Origin: Eledone cirrhosa
Lineage: Eukaryota
NCBI GenBank assembly: GCA_964016885.1
Contig: OZ024745.1
Coordinates: 54,498,001-54,562,000 of the forward strand
Direction: 5' to 3'
DNA length: 64,000 nucleotides
Shown here: one piece after another, positions 1-13,526 of the stretch
How positions within the stretch are numbered: position 1 is the first letter of the stretch
Layout: each line of letters begins with the position of its first letter
Translations under genes and position numbers: made by a program
Notes under the pieces: model-generated
The model's database searches: none
What the model saw: only the letters and a program-made list of their open reading frames with translations
What the model was told of the DNA's origin: nothing

Positions 1-1509
1 ATAGTGTATTGGCACGTAAGTGTGATAATAAAGAAGAAGGAAAACAAGTGGAGATTTAGGTTACAATAAGAGTCGAGATAAAAGATACAAACCTTACAAA
101 ACTGTGCAAAATCACTGAGGCATCTAAAATCTCATCAGCTCTCACTTGGCATCCAGTTTTGCATGATTATATGAGAGGACGGCATTTTGTTATGTCAACT
201 CGTGCAGCAGAAAATAAATAAACAAAACAAAAAAAAAAGAACAGACAGACGAACAGACTGTCTAATCAGGGAGCGAGAGAAAGTGCGCTGGACCAATAAC
301 GTGCCACAAGCAAAAAGGAAAATCACAACCCTAGTAATCTTTACTTGTTTTCCTTTCCCCCTGTTTCACTCCTACGTGCCAATACACTTATGTCTCAAAC
401 CTGTTTACATTTAATATACCTTTTCCCTACCTCACAACTTCTCGTTCCACTATCGCGCTCACTGGCCACAGTATTTTTACCCGACTTCCTTGCTGTTGTC
501 ATTAACAGTATTCAGCCAACTTATTTTCCTCTTTCTCTCGTATACACATATATGTGAGAGTCGTAATTTACTTGAAGTTTTGTGGAATATGTAAAGTGTG
601 AACGATTTCGAAGCCGCCAAAACATATTCATTGTGCATATAGACTCATTCAAACCCGACCTTGTAGAAATCAACCAAGCTTGCGAAAAAAAAAAGACCTG
701 GCTGCTGAAGCAATAGACCATTTCATAGGGAGCGTTGAAGGTGTGACTTGTGTTCAGTTGGAATACTGTCGATCGTAATCAGAATCTGCTTATACTCACA
801 ACATGACTGGATCTATAATTTCCAACACCAAGCATTACACATTTCTCTAAATACAATATATCTGTCATCCCATGCGGTAATCCTATTTATCTATACCTCT
901 GTCCTTAGCTACACTACATCTCGTAGTAACCCAACCGCAATACAGCTACACTATGATCCTAGCTTAGCTCCAACACTTAACGCTATAAATGAAACCTAAG
1001 TATCTACTAATCCGTATATGTCTAGAACACTTAATATAAACATAAATAACCATCCATTCTGAGTACTAAATTCACCACATACGCAGTTGTAACAATACAT
1101 AAGAGAGAGATAATATTGGCAGAAAAAGGTGGATTTCTCACAAGTATGCCTCAACATAATTTGATCTCTCGTTTCCCCATATACAACAAATATAACCCAT
1201 ACACTTTGTTTCACACCAACACAGCACGAAACATTTCATCCATCCATCTTATCTATCCCTCCTACATGGTCATTTATATGAATCTTGATTTCTACAGAAA
1301 AAATTAACTTATCTTGACCAAAACACTATACAAACCACAGGCAGATATCAAAGGACAAGCAAAGATTCTGGTGTTACACAAAGACACAACAACTATTACA
1401 TATGACTTTGATAGAGATGGAAGATGTTTAATTTACTGGCCGATATTAGCTTTCCGATCATTTTTTTTTCTTCTCGTCTCATCATCTACCTTTAAGTGTT
1501 TGAGCAATA

Positions 1510-1696
1510 ATTGTTTCTACTTTTAGCACGAGGCCAGCAATTATCACAGTGCATTACTGGTACTTTATTTTATCGACCCCGTAAGGATGAAAGGCAAAGT
1601 TAACCTCGACGGGATTTGATCTCAGACCGTAAAGGGACCTAACTATGCTGCAAAGCATGGCGTCCAACCCTCTACCGATACTGCCAATTCACCGCC
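1510..1696 (-). mobile_element. tRNA-derived SINE (family S), full length
   Basis: Reverse complement matches the copies at 24122 and 58594: A box TGGCAGTATCGG, B-box-like GAGATCAAATCC, core GCCTTTCATCCTTACGGGGTCGATAAAATAAAGTACCAG. Flanked by an imperfect duplication tgttt.agcaataat. Confidence 0.85.
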
Positions 1697-2191
1697 CTTG
1701 TTTTAGCAATAATATTGACTTGTCACCCATTAACTTGTCTCAATCAATCTTCGAAAGAGGACAGCATAAATGAACATGTATAGCCACTCCCTAAAAATAA
1801 ATTATAAACGCACAGCAATGATTGGCTGACTGTCACAACCAACCCATCCCACAATCCCATAAACAACGTTTAGTCAATTTTCTATTGATGCCCATAGTTA
1901 TTTCCATACACCTATATATTTCTTTTTCCCGACCAAACGAATAATAATTATATTTACACTTTTTTCCAGAGAGATGCAGTTACGATATTTCTTGCAAATT
2001 TGAAGTTATCGATTGTCTCATAATCCAGACATCATAGACTTGTGATTGGGATATTATATTATGTATTGCATCGAAACACGTGTTATATTTACTAATAATT
2101 ATTAATAAATGAAATATTGAACATCAACATCTACGCTTCAGTGAGTTTTCCACACCCATATAAATACACGCACTCACACAATCACACAAAT

Positions 2192-2287
<96 letters not shown>

Positions 2288-2489
2288 AAATAGAGATAGA
2301 AAGAGGGGAAAAGGGAGTGAGAGATTAACAATTTAACTTAATTTATAAACATTATATAGCTAACTGATATACCGGTGCACATATTTTATGCTAACAATTA
2401 AGTTATCGTCGACATAAAACAACTAAATTGAAAACAACTATCATTGGCCTAGTTAACGCTGTTATAAATAATTAATTATTATCTAGGTA

Positions 2490-2830
2490 CCGTGATCTTT
2501 GTTCTGCGTTTTGGGCGAAAACTTCAATGTCCGTAAGCTATCTTGGACTCAACAATATCCCAACATCTCTTAGCATAGACTTTACCAGGGAGGCTTAACA
2601 TCTATAATTGGTGCAATCTATGTTGTTTTCCGTTTTGAAAATTGGGATTATCACTCTCGATTGCCGTTGCTTAAGTTCCTTTATAGAGACCCAGACCATC
2701 CGGCACACATGATGCAGCCAAAGATTACCTTCTCTATTTAAGACTTCATTTCGGGTCGCGTTTCATACTCCTCAGTGACATTGTCACAGTTGAGCTTTTT
2801 AATTGGTCTTGTGACCACAGCCTCTCCGAT
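2490..2830 (-). pseudogene. Decayed RTE-like LINE reverse transcriptase fragment
   Basis: Manual minus-strand translation gives RPEM...VIIPIFKTENNIDCTNYR / LSLPGKVYAK...IVESKI, with frameshifts. Confidence 0.65.
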
Positions 2831-4531
2831 GAAATTGTTTAAGTTTCAATAGATTAGTTACCATAAAGGTAAAATCATAATCTAACTGCATATTGTTTTA
2901 TTAATAGCATTCGCTGTATTGGCATACTCAATAGAGCAAAATATAAAATGCATAATTGTAGTTAGTAAAGTTTTGTTATATTTTGAGTACAAATACTGCT
3001 GATACCATCTTTACCTTTTATTCATCTGAATCGATAAAATAAAGGACCACTTAAATGCTGCAAACGATTATCAATTTGATTAAATACTTCTATTCAAATT
3101 CCATACATTCTGAGTTCAAAGTCTAACATTAATCTCTTTTTTGGGACGATAAATAAATAACTAATCTAGGGCCAGGGTTTAAGAATTTTGTTAGAACATC
3201 GGTATTTATTTTTTCTGTTTTTGTTCCGAGTTCAACTAGAACTACCTTGGTTCAATACCACCACCTTGTCTTTGGACTCTCAGTTTGAAACATTCAGGTA
3301 GGCCGCCGAAATTAGGGTACTTCTTTCATTACTACCAAATAGACTCCGAAGTTCTGAAAAGATCCATGGGTGACTAAACGATAAAACTATGAAAATGCAT
3401 GATTTTATACAAATGCTAGAACTTATTATTCACTATTTTCAGATCCATGTGATCACGGTGCTTTAAGTGATTTGAAGTAATGTTTTATATCCTCTTTACG
3501 TTATTAACCTAAATCCAGTTAAGGTCAATTTTGCTAGGCTGAGTCCTCCCTACCACACACGCACACTTACAGACACATATAAAGTAAAACACACACACTA
3601 ATAGGATCGATAAAGTAAGATACCAGTTAAGCACTGGAGAAAATGTAATAGACTATATTACCCACCACCACTAAAAAACCTCTTGCGCTTATGTACTAGA
3701 TCTATAAATCGATATTTCTCGTTGATATTGCAAACTAGTTAGTGTGTACACATTTTTCCCATGCTTATTGCATCGACGGTTGGAAGGTCACATTACACTA
3801 TTGGTTATTGTATAATAGCTAATATAAACGAAGATTGTAGTGAATATAATGCAAATGCACAAACAACATCCGTCATTTTGCGGCTACATATCCTGATATT
3901 TGATCGATAAAATGTGAATAATTGCATACGAACCATAACATTGATGAAGACGATGAAGATGAAGATGAAGAAAACGACGCCGACTACGACAGCTCCCAAC
4001 CACACTCTCCTCACTAATACTACAACAACAACAGCCGCTATCACAACCACCACTAAAAGTAGGGAAATTAATAACGAAATAAAAATATTTATATATTAAA
4101 ACAAAATAAAGCAAAACGAAAAACTGCAACAAATCCAATTTTGTTTAAGAGAAAAGTAACATACACAAACATAAATGTATGTGATTATGTATCTTCATTA
4201 TCTTTATATTTCTATCCATGTCGACATCACTCCTCCTCTATCTTTGTGTATGTATGTGCATATCCAGTTCCAAGTAGGTTTAAGACATGTATTGAAATAA
4301 TACAGTATCATCCATCAAGCCTGTGTCAGGCACATAGATGTACTTTTCCGGGGATTTGACCGGGAGCTGTTAAAGAAAGATTCTGGCCGTTTAAGCTGCC
4401 AAACCAACGAAACAAAAAAGATAACGTTTATTATTGGACACATACTATATTTTATGGCGCCTATGAGTGTATGAATGAGCACATATATACAGACACATAG
4501 ACAGGCGTCCATTTTTACATACATACATACA

Positions 4532-5128
4532 TGGTGGCTGCGAACTCGTTTTCGAGTACGGCCACTACTTTATATCCATGTAGGAGAACCCCTACCGATG
4601 CGCTGAATTTTAGTCCAGCCAGCGACTTGAAAACTCTGGTACAAACACTACACCTGTGACAATTATTGACACATAGTGCTGGGCCCATGGTACCATGTGA
4701 CGACATGTGCAGAGAGATCTCCAGATATAAAGCAATGCCTGTGCCGTGAAGCTTTTATAGTGAGCAAAGGTACTGCACAAAGCCAGTCCCACTCTCTTAA
4801 CCAAGATGATATTTACCAAAAAGAAGAACAAGTCAACATCATTGGATACCATCAGGGTTGCAGGTGTTATATCAGAGTTTTCCTTCTCCTAGAATTCTGC
4901 CTTGACAAAGGCTAAGGGGTCATCTCTCCCGGTGATTTTGGATGGCCATTGACTCTTAAGAGCTCCTTTGCCCTTTGACAGGTTTTGTTTTTAGTCCTGC
5001 AGGATGTCCATAGTGACCCTCCTCACCAAGAAACATTGGTGGGGTTGCCAGTTTAGTCGCCAACGACCCGACCATGAGACAGGTTTGTACTGGGATACAT
5101 GTTACCAGTAGCACCAAGCGGTGACCTG
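4532..5128 (-). mobile_element. Short non-autonomous RTE-derived element with (TGTA)n tail, copy 1
   Basis: Near-identical to 12620-13120. The 3' part encodes CSVCTRVFKSLAGLK, resembling the C-terminal zinc-finger remnant of RTE ORFs. Embedded in (TACA)n on both sides; an extra 3'-end fragment lies at ~5315-5365. Confidence 0.7.
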
Positions 5129-5209
5129 ACATATACATACATATATACATACATACATACACACATACATACATATATATACATACATATATACATATAC
5201 ATACATACA

Positions 5210-5243
<34 letters not shown>

Positions 5244-5551
5244 CATATATACGCACATACATATATACATACATATATACATACACACATACATACATAT
5301 ATACATACTACATATATGGTGGCTGCCAACTCGTTTTCGAGTACGGCCACTACTTTATATCCATGTCATACTTTATATCCACATACATACATACATACAT
5401 ATATACATTCATACATACTTTCATACATGATGGCTGCAGACTCTGCTAAGAGTATTGCAATCATTTGTTAGAGATCCTTAACAAGCAATTCCTGTGCTTT
5501 GAAGGATTTTTAGTGGGGATACATACATACACACACACACATACACACATG

Positions 5552-5640
<89 letters not shown>

Positions 5641-5681
5641 AATACTGTTGGCTTTTTGTTACAATATTTTCTATACCTTTC

Positions 5682-5767
<86 letters not shown>

Positions 5768-5900
5768 GTGAGGTTTTTTTACAAAATGAAAAACAACCGA
5801 GGTGTCCTACACGAGTGAAAGTATAAAGAAAAAAAGATGAAATCGAAAATGCAACTGGAGTCTTATTTAAAAAAAAAATATATATGTATTTATTTGGTTC

Positions 5901-5936
5901 CTTTACCGGTTTCGCAGTTCTTCTGCTTTTCAAAAA
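5901..5936 (-). ncRNA. Minimal type I hammerhead ribozyme-like motif (family H1, U3-A8 variant)
   Basis: Minus strand reads UUU-UUGAAAA-GCAG-AAGAA-CUGC-GAAA-CCGG-UA-AAG, within a 210-bp insert (5761-5970) between two (TA)n tracts. Confidence 0.6.
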
Positions 5937-5965
5937 TAGAGTTGAGACGGAGGGTCTGTGGTTTT

Positions 5966-6035
<70 letters not shown>

Positions 6036-6717
6036 CATTTGGAATTTGATGGCCGAGAGCCCCAGTTAGCAGGATTGGTGCATAGTAAATATAGAAATAC
6101 AGTAAAATTCCAAGGAAGTCTCCACGACGTTTCGGTTAAGTTCTCGGCTTCATTTCTATATGCTGGTGATATATAACATGATATTTTACGAAAGTCATTC
6201 ACATTTGGTGGCAGAACCGACTGAATAATATTAACAAGCTTGACCAAGATAATATTTTTCATTCATAATAACGCTATATCAACTTCGATGGAGTGGCCAT
6301 GCCGATGGAATGCACAACTATCGGTTGCACGAACAGCTTTTTGTTTAAATCCCTGAATGTAATAAAGTGCATACTAGTAACTATAAGGAAGAATGTTAAA
6401 GGCATGCTTAAAGGAAATCTTAAAGATTGTAGCATCAATCTTCTGTAAATGGGAATATACATCTAACTACGCATGTATGTATGTTTGTCTCTTTTTCATA
6501 ATCCTGAGTATAATTTTAACTGCCCCTCCCCGGTTGTTTGGTTGAATAGAAAATGAAAATGTTGAGATCTTTTGCGATATATTTTACATAGTCATATTTT
6601 ACAGATTTTGAAGGTTCAAGATATCGTGGCCGCTTGTAGCATATGAATTAGGGAACCGAGTTCTTTTTTCAGAATCCAACTTCAATCATATGTATAACAG
6701 ATCCTTAAGGATCATGT

Positions 6718-6832
6718 TTATTCATATGTGACGTGCGTTTCTATAGAATCTACAAATCTGGTGAGCTATCGATTCCAGAGTCGGGCGCGATGACTACCGA
6801 TCGATCGCTAAACGCGAGTCACATGTGAATAA
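6718..6832. repeat. MITE-like element with ~23-bp imperfect terminal inverted repeats
   Basis: ttattcatatgtgacgtgcgttt pairs with aaacgcgagtcacatgtgaataa. Confidence 0.45.
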
Positions 6833-8069
6833 TCACATTCATGCTATATTGATACTTCGTTCCTGCTCCTTATGATTATTATCTACACTAAACCGACTAG
6901 GGTGTAATACCACATCAGCAATAGGGCTCATATTCGCATTTATTGTTCAAATTGGTAAACCAATAGTAACTATATATATATTAGTAATCTGTGTTATATG
7001 TATGACTACGAGTCTGTATGCCTGTTTATGTCAGCATTTGTATCTATGTTTACGGGCGTAAAGCCGATATTGTTTAACGAGATTGACGTAGTGATTCAAT
7101 AAATATTGATCGATAGAACATGTGCTAAACTGATATCAGTAAAAGAGTTAATGTGATCGATTCAAACTCTTAAATATGCTGCTTTAGCTTGACCGTAATC
7201 CAACGTCAGAGACTGGTAAAATTACATACATACACGAGTACTCACAACACACAGATACACACACTCATATACAAATACACACGCATATATACATATATAC
7301 ATGCATCTATACATTTTCACACACACACACACATATATATATACATACACATACACACACATATACATATATACATACCTACTTGCATGTAAACATTCTC
7401 ACACACACATGTACATATACATATATATATGCTTGTTTTATATGGTTTTTGTAATAAATAAACCAAACATGCACTGAATGAAGGATTTTATAATGTCAAA
7501 ATATTATTTATTTTCAGATATTGTGTTGGATAATATTAGAGTTTACACAAAAGGACTTAAAATACATCAACTAATGCATCAACTGAAATATAAATAACCG
7601 ATACATTCAGAAGTAAAAACAACATTCCACCTATATTTACTTGCTTATATATTTATATATTGACAAGATATATTTCAGTTAATACGGTGAATATTTTTTC
7701 TAAATTCAGGTAATCATTAATTGAGCAGTACTATCGATTATAGCTACCAAATTCTGAAGCACAATGTTTTTAAAATTTGTACCAATGTATGTGTAAACAG
7801 TGTATAATGGTGTTTGGGTTAGTAGTTAGGTGTTTGGTACACAATCGTAAGGATCCGGATTGGATTCCTAGGTGTTCGATGTGTTTCTTGAGGAAGATAC
7901 TTTATTATCCCGTTACACCAGTCCACCCAGCTAAAAAGAATTTAAAAAAAATAATAAATAGCTCCTGTAATTCAAAGTTGCAGCTTTGTCACACAGTGTC
8001 ACAATAATTCTTCATGTGAATTGTCTTAAGAATGAAATAAATGTGTAGTTGAAAAGCTCGGCTACAATG

Positions 8070-8192
8070 TATTGCCTTCATTATTGGTGCGTGTGTTTTT
8101 TTTTTGGCAGCATGATCCTCTCAAAGTATAACAACATCTGTTTCAACACACGTTTTCAGATAAGAGATCCTGCAAAACAAATTAAAAAACGA
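8070..8192. mobile_element. Diverged fragment of the PLE-like non-coding family H3
   Basis: Similar to 34640-34749 (ggtgcgtgtgttt...aaagtataacaa...tttcaacacacgttttcagataa). Confidence 0.7.
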
Positions 8193-8818
8193 TATGTAAA
8201 CATGAAAATCGTTGATATTAACTCATCAAAATCCATCCACACAATGAATCTATAAGATTGTAGTAGTGAAACTGCATCCCGTTGTTCAGAGTGTACACAT
8301 TTTAGTTAATATCTAGGGCAGTGGCCGTGCTTTGGCACAGATACGTGATGCATCTATCTCCCGGAGGGAATCCGTTTCTGTACTACCGATACGATGCTGG
8401 CAGTGTTCAGAAAATTGCCTATTATCAGCATATAATACACAATCAGGCTATTTTCTCCTCAGCGGGTGTCCAAGTTAATAGCTAGGTCTTTGTCGTGCAG
8501 ATAATTAGGGTGCTTATCCATGTTGTAACTCCGTGAGGATAAACCCCTTTTAAGCAGTCTAAAATCACTTCACCTCATTAGTGTATCCTCACCGAAATGT
8601 GCGTCATTAAGTGTGACAGAGTTTCCATTCACCAAATATGTAAATGTAACCCTGTCTTAACAATATGTATATATGTATATATGTACACACAAAAGTGTGT
8701 GGATGTGTATGTGCTCGCGTATGTATTATATATGTATATGTACAGTTTGGTACATATACATATATAATACCCCCCCCCCCCCACACACACACACATACAC
8801 ACATATATATATATAGAG

Positions 8819-9000
8819 AGAAAAGCTTCTATAGGACTAGAACTGTTTCATTCGTGAGAAATCATCAGGAAGCTCTGATGATTTCTCACACATGAAACAG
8901 TTCTAGTCCTGTAGAAGCTTTTCTATATTAAAACATTTATACTCTGCTATGTATTGAGTACCTTACTTACTGTGGTTACCCCCGATTTAACCCGGAATAA

Positions 9001-9002
<2 letters not shown>
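8819..9002. mobile_element. PLE-like inverted repeat with HHR motifs on both arms (family H2)
   Basis: 8819-8868 is inverted relative to 8875-8924. Both arms read CUGAUGA-UUUCUCAC...-GAAACAGUUCUAGUC. Flanked by (TA)n; a third fragment lies at 11947-11988. Confidence 0.7.
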
Positions 9003-9078
<76 letters not shown>

Positions 9079-9082
<4 letters not shown>

Positions 9083-10560
9083 ATAAGAAACCGAAAGTCA
9101 GTGTTGCGACGAATCAAATTTATTAGACATATTACAATCGTGTACACGCCGGACAAGGGCACCCCACCCCCACAACGTGGAACGAGGAACGCAAACACCC
9201 GGATACCATTAGTACTAACATAGGCAGACAAACTTCCAGGGAGCTCACACATAACGATATGGATAGGAGTATTACGCACGACAGGGAAGGCACCATGACG
9301 CATAGACAGAAGAGGGCGCATGGGAACCCTAGGGACCCCAGCACATGCAGACTGAACGTAGAAGCAGCACAGACCACGACGGGGAAACCAAAGATAGTGA
9401 AGTAGCTAACGATGCACAGAACATAGAACACGCTAGAGATAACAACAGGATAAAGAATACCAACAATGATACGGCAGGATACTCGGGTAGCAGGGCGGGA
9501 ATGAAAACTAGGGCTAGTAAACATGTCCAGAATAAAATAGTAGTTCTAAGCATAGGGATAGAATAGGGGATGAAATAGGAGTAGGGCGTAACCAGAGAAA
9601 ACAACATGACACTGCACTCATTACTAGTAGCAGACGACGAAATAAGAATAGGTCTAGAAACATAACATGATTCAATGCACCATACTCGAAGCATGTATGC
9701 ACTAACGTGCCAGGACTCTTCTTCAGGGCATTGGACGAGTGCTCCCCGGCATCCCACAGGTACCACAAAATATTCAACCGACACACCATGAAGTTCTCAT
9801 TTTCCACGGCACGCAACATGGCAGACTACATGGCTAAGGCCAACGCAATGAAATTGAGGACACCCCACCGACAAACCTTACAGACCTCAGACACGTCGGG
9901 CGTGGGGGAGGGGGGCTGAGTGGAGCGCATGGGGAAGGGGCTAGTGGTTCTGGAGATGTGCCTGGGGGCGGAGCTGTGGCCGTGGAGGACCCAACACCTG
10001 GCAATAGAGACCAGCAGGTGGTGAACACTAAGTCCACTACTCTGCCGGAACACCACACGAGGACCGGGGAGAAACCAAATAAGACGTCAGGCCCAGATAA
10101 AGGGAATGACAAAAATGATGCACGGACATGTAACTGCCGTGTAGGAGAAGAGACTCCTCTGCAGGGAATGTGCCTGAGAAAAGGCGTTGTCGACAGATGT
10201 GTGGTTACCACGCACAATACAGGCACACATACATCGGAGCAACATCCACGACTTTTAAATCGAGGATGTAGAACCACAAGTACTCGTTCAAAGACAAGAA
10301 CAAGATACACTCCTCCAGACTGGTGGACCTAATATGGGGACTCAAAGACAGTGGCACAGAGTTTGACCTCAGCTGGAGTATTGTAGAGCGCGTGAATGCG
10401 TACTCGGCTGGCGAGATGAGGTGCAAGTTGTGCCTGTCCGAGGCTATCGAGATAGTAAAACTAAAGGACGACGCAGTCAACCTCAAATCTGAAATCATCA
10501 TGCCATGCAGCCTGCAGACACCAATATAAATGCACGCTCTGCGCTTTAGTGATACCGGAT
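9079..10560 (+). pseudogene. Decayed Penelope-like retroelement C-terminal region (post-RT linker and GIY-YIG endonuclease region)
   Basis: Fragments RNIT*FNAPYSKHVCTNVPGLFFRALDECSPASHRYHKIFNRHTMKFSFSTARNM, CNCRVGEETPLQGMCLRKGVV and WSIVERVNAYSAGEMRCKLCLSEAIEI...NLKSEI resemble PLE C-termini. Starts directly after (TA)n. Confidence 0.75.
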
Positions 10561-11671
10561 GGGTCTATCTAAGGCAATACCGGGATCACAATGCCAGGTG
10601 GGGCGCATGCAGCGGACAACGATATACTACAGCATAACTATGAATGCAAGGCGGAACAAGCTGACATCAACGACAGATTCAACAATACCTACCTCGTAAC
10701 GTACCTTGGATAGCACCATCCCACCAACTTGGGGACGCCGACTCAATATAAGTCTGATTTTGTCTACAACCTTATGTGTGGTTTTGAATTTGAATTTGAA
10801 TTTTTAATTTTCGATTCGTGATGTTTAATTTGCAAATTTGATGTTGTACCTGATGCTGGTCTTAAGGTTAATGCTGCAGTTAATTCTAACTTTGCCTGCT
10901 GTTGCTATATACATGCCTACAACACCCGCCACTGGTATATTCAACTTATGCATACATTCCATGTATATTTCATATATACTATTATGAAAAGGCTATTCTA
11001 CACATCCACAATATATATAACTTGTTTGTGTATGTACATACGGTCGCCTGTGTCCACCAGTTATAAAACCCGTCTCATATGCATGGTTGATGTGCAGGCT
11101 CTTACCCAGTCCCTTGGATCGTCAGTCCCCCTGTATCTTATATATCCCTATGCACCACAGCCCTCAAGTATTTTATGCAACTTTATGCACATCCCATAAG
11201 GTCCGGGTGGCGTGAACAGGAGATACCTCCTCTGCATATTTGTCATGTATACGATCCTTTTTCCAGTATTTTATTTTATTTTATTTTATTTTATTTTATT
11301 TTATTTTATTGCACGCATTTATATATAGGTGCCACCCATGTTATCTGTGATTAGGGAATGGCTACTACGTAGATATTACATTTATGTATATTGTGCATGC
11401 ACTTTCAGGCTTATATCGCCACATGAATGGGTTGGGTTCGAGCCTCAAGATTGTTGTATCATATAATATTTTATGCGCCATGTGCACAGTTGCGTGTGTG
11501 TGTGGATGTGTAGCTATTCGTCAAGTATGTACTTTTTCAGATGTATAACCATAACCATGCGCGGCTACATGTATGTGTGTCTACGCACATATACATTTAT
11601 AATAAATAAAATAAACAGACTAAATAAAGATGACGTAGGCATACAATACAACAGGAGGAAACATAATAGCA

Positions 11672-11711
11672 CCACTGACGATGTTGCAGATGTGCAACGA
11701 AAGAACTTTGT
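11672..11711 (+). ncRNA. Minimal type I hammerhead ribozyme (family H3, diverged subfamily)
   Basis: CCA-CUGACGA-U-GUUGCA-GAUG-UGCAAC-GAAAGAACUU-UGU. Flanks (~11625-11915) resemble 34441-34692. Confidence 0.75.
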
Positions 11712-12619
11712 TAGACTATATATATGTGTTTGTGTCTATATTATATCTGTATTTTTGACCGTTGGTCAGTCAATGGTAACATTGAGGACCGAATAAATTA
11801 AATTAACCGATATAAAAGACACAGAAGCGAAAACCAACCAAACAGTGAGTGTGTTCTGTTATTAATTCTGGCAATATTATTACACAAATATGACCCTCCC
11901 CAAGTATAACAATAAATATATATATATATATTTAATATAGAAATGGCTCTACAGATCTAGAACTGTTTCATTCTGGAGAAATCATCAATTTATATATATA
12001 TACAGTGGGAGGAAGAGAGAGAGAAATTGAGTCACAGAAAAAAAGAGATAGCTAATGATAAACGAGCATGCTTATTCGTCACACTGTCACAAACATATAC
12101 ACACTTACCATTTGCCATCGTGCACATATACACAATATAGATCAAAGGAAACTAAATACACCGCCAAACCCTCCACCACCAACACAACCACCTCAAAATA
12201 TCGATACACGCATGGATAACTAAATAGGCGAAATCAGTTGTATTTTAGGCATATTTCTTCCTGAAGAATTGATTGGCATATATTTTCAAGCATGTAAAGG
12301 AGATGGATCGATGACATGCAGCAGACATAATCGGTTAGCTAGAGTAAAAGATCAATGGGTAGTTTTGCTTAATCAATATAGTTACATGTGAATATAAAAG
12401 CGGTAGTGGGAAGGATGTCATGGAAGCGGGCAAAAGCCATGTTACATGATGTTTGTAAACGGTTAGACGCTATCTATTTTTAAGTTTTACCACTTGCATA
12501 TAAATACGAAGCCATAACTGTGCCTGTGTGAATCAACGTTTGTATGTATAAGAATACACACACACATATACACACAAACACACGCATACATACATACACA
12601 TACATACATACATACATAC

Positions 12620-13120
12620 ATGGTGGCTGCCAACTCGTTTTCGAGTACGGCCACTACTTTATATCCCTGTAGGAGAACCCCTACCGATGCGCTGAACGAG
12701 TGTGACTTTTCAGTCCAGCCAGCGACTTGAAAACTCTGGTACAAACACTACACTTGTGACAATTACTGACACATAGTGCTGGGCCCATGGTACCATGTGA
12801 TTACAAGTGCAGAGAGATCTCCAGATATAAAGCAATGCCTGTGCCGTGAAGCTTTTATAGTGAGCAAAGGCACTGCACAAAGCCAGTCCCATTCTCTTAA
12901 CCAAGATGATATTTACCAAAAAGTAGAACAAGTCAACATCATTGGATACCATCAGGGTTGCAGGTGTTATATCAGAGTTTTCCTTCTCCTAGAATTCTGC
13001 CTTGACAAAGGCTAAGGGGTCATCTCTCCCGGTGATTTTGGATGGCCATTGACTCTTAAGAGCTCCTTTGCCCTTTGACAGGTTTTGTTTTTAGTCCTGC
13101 AGGATGTCCAAAGTCACCCT
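12620..13120 (-). mobile_element. Short non-autonomous RTE-derived element, copy 2 (5'-truncated)
   Basis: Near-identical to 4532-5020, with a 12-bp indel; embedded in (TACA)n. Confidence 0.7.
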
Positions 13121-13416
13121 ACATATATACATACATACATATATACATATACATACATATACACATACACATATATATATATATATATACATACATATAT
13201 ATATACATATATATATATACATACATACACACACATACACACATATATATGTATATATACATACATATATATACATATACATACATATACACATACATAT
13301 ATATACATACATACACATACATATACATACATATACATATGTATACATACATACATACATACACACATATATACACATACATACATATATATATATACAT
13401 ACATACATATATATAC

Positions 13417-13526
<110 letters not shown>

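Noticed and set aside
2745-2780. CUGAGGA...GAAACGCG on the minus strand as a hammerhead
   Set aside because: No stem II, and it lies within a decayed RTE reverse transcriptase frame.
6100-6165. Degenerate HHR-like AAAUGAAGCCG...CCGAAACGUCG on the minus strand next to (TA)n
   Set aside because: The CUGA box is absent and stem II is poor; possibly an old PLE end but not supportable.
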